Part shown: positions 62,389 to 64,000 of the stretch, piece after piece | Numbering within the stretch: position 1 is the first letter of the stretch | Layout of the letters: each line of letters begins with the position of its first letter | Assembly (NCBI GenBank): GCA_964016885.1 | Contig: OZ024742.1 | Coordinates: 127,782,001-127,846,000, forward strand | Direction of reading: 5' to 3' | Origin: Eledone cirrhosa | Taxonomy: Eukaryota | Length of the DNA: 64,000 nucleotides | Notes under the pieces: model-generated | Databases searched by the model: none | Seen by the model: the letters and a program-made list of their open reading frames with translations, nothing else | What the model was told of the DNA's origin: nothing | Program-made: the position numbers and the translations under genes

Positions 62389-62552
62389 AGTGTCAGATCT
62401 ACCATTGTGCTTAAGCACAGGGTCCCGTTGGCCAGGGGCGGATGGTGGGGGCATCTTCCTGCCAAAATAATTTTTTACTTCCTTCAGGGCCCAAGTAAGG
62501 GGCCTCATAACTTAACTACCACAGGGCCCCATTTGTCCTAAATCCGGCACTG
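62389..62552. mobile_element. MITE-like remnant
   Basis: Ends CAGTGTCAGATCTA / TAAATCCGGCACTG are imperfect inverted repeats, with internal GGGCCC motifs. Confidence 0.5.
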
Positions 62553-63390
62553 ATTGGACTATATGTGGATAACATCGATATATATATAAAAATATCGAAG
62601 TGCAAAAATTCGATAACAGCAACCCTCAACAATATGAAAAGTAAAGTCGAAGAAGTGATAGGAAAATTAATTTTGTTTTAGACTGAGTAGAGGCACAGTT
62701 GATGCCATTTTTATAAATAAAATAATTGAAAAAAAAAAGAAAAAGAACGTATATGTATGTGTGTATTATTGTATGTATATATGTTATGTATGCATGTGTG
62801 TATTTATGTATGTATTTGTGTATGTATGTAAAAACTCGGGTAGATGTATGAACGTTTAAATGCATGAACATATAAAATTCAGAATTTTCTTTAGTTGGAC
62901 GTATTTGCGGTTTGTATGAGTGCGTGTGATTGTTGTTTATATACTTTCTGGTTCTCACACCCCTGAAATTTATTTCTCAATTTCTCAAATAAACTCGCCT
63001 AGGCGAGGGAAAGCTGAAAACTTGTTTAATGTGGGCGAATACACAACATAACATCCTGTTAAGGAGATACACACTTCACTTGGCCGACAACCAAGCGCTG
63101 GATCAACACTTGTCACCGTTTCCCTCCATCTCTATCATAATTTCTCTCTCTCCTAGTCAATGTATAGTATTAGTATTTCTAATATTTACGTTTATGAATG
63201 AAAATAATATATATGTAAATGAGATTGTCTAATACTTGCTTGTATCGTTTATACTGGAATACTTTCCTATTTAAAACTCAGCAACACAATTCTTCTCGTT
63301 AAGAGAAACTCTGCATTATATTATAGCTTTTTGAAAATTAAACAAAACTTTTATTCAAATTTATCTTAGTGAAGGAGAGAAATATTTAGA

Positions 63391-63607
63391 ATGGTTCGGA
63401 ATCAATCAGAGTCTTTTGAAGTGCCATCAGGCAATGAGAAACTTCAAAGAGGTTTCGTGACGAATGGTAGTCAAAGAAAGACCCGACAAAGTACACAATC
63501 AGCTCTTGTTGCCATGTCAGCATCTGTCTGGAGTGGATCCACCGCATATGATGCTTTCGGCCGAAACCGTGATGACACTGTTTTAACTCTTGATGGATTC
63601 AATTCTG
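63391..63607 (+). other. Possible first coding exon of a downstream gene (unidentified)
   Basis: ATG-initiated 72-codon unique, GC-richer segment ending at a gtatgt donor. No recognisable homology and no in-phase next exon. Confidence 0.3.
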
Positions 63608-64000
63608 GTATGTGCATATTATTTTTTTTATGTTTTGTTTTTATTAAATGCATACGATTAAACAGAATTTATTTAAAAATTATATTTTTTTAAAAATGGG
63701 AGAAGGGACATATTCTCAATTACATGCCACAAGGGGCGTCGGAGTTTCCCTCTTATCATTTTTAAGCAAGCCAACACAACATTGCCAAGAGTGACACCGA
63801 GACTAAAGTGCTGGAATAGCCAAACACAATCGCGTGTATCACCTGATATCACGAAATCTTTGCACTTGCAGAAAGTAAACGGCACCTAGAAAATTGATCA
63901 GAATGACCGGGTATATTTTGTTTATTAAAATGTCAGCTTGTATTATTTTTAACGTTTTGTACTTTTGATCTGTATATCTCTTTGACAGAGGTGGTTCATA

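Noticed and set aside
63724-63885. Minus-strand exon candidate with AG/GT ends
   Set aside because: No in-phase downstream exon, and the flanking composition favours + strand introns.

Overview
Eukaryotic, AT-rich, repeat-dominated DNA. It is probably from an octopod cephalopod, inferred from the SINE, RTE and microsatellite make-up and not proven. A + strand host gene for a divergent arrestin-domain protein has short GT-AG exons between 27.6 and 57.0 kb. Everything before 27.6 kb appears to be one giant intron: about 7 kb of (AT)n tracts into which young retroelements have inserted. These include a CR1/L2-group LINE, two RTE subfamilies (one full-length copy with a TSD) and an intact Penelope-like element (RT + GIY-YIG) with an inverted partner. 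Later introns hold older debris: Hero-like, Gypsy>CRE>RTE nest, Chapaev3, Helitron, other PLEs, CR1, SINEs and MITEs. The most notable signals are (1) a repeated, covarying pseudoknot + CUGUAAA-hairpin RNA module shared by RTE 3' UTRs and a SINE, (2) several minimal hammerhead ribozymes including core variants, (3) recurrent head-to-head fusions of 5'-truncated elements from different families, one with (TTAGGG)2 at the junction, (4) a TSD amplified into a tandem array, and (5) strongly strand-biased T>C interruptions in the (AT)n tracts. All calls were made by eye, with no database searches.
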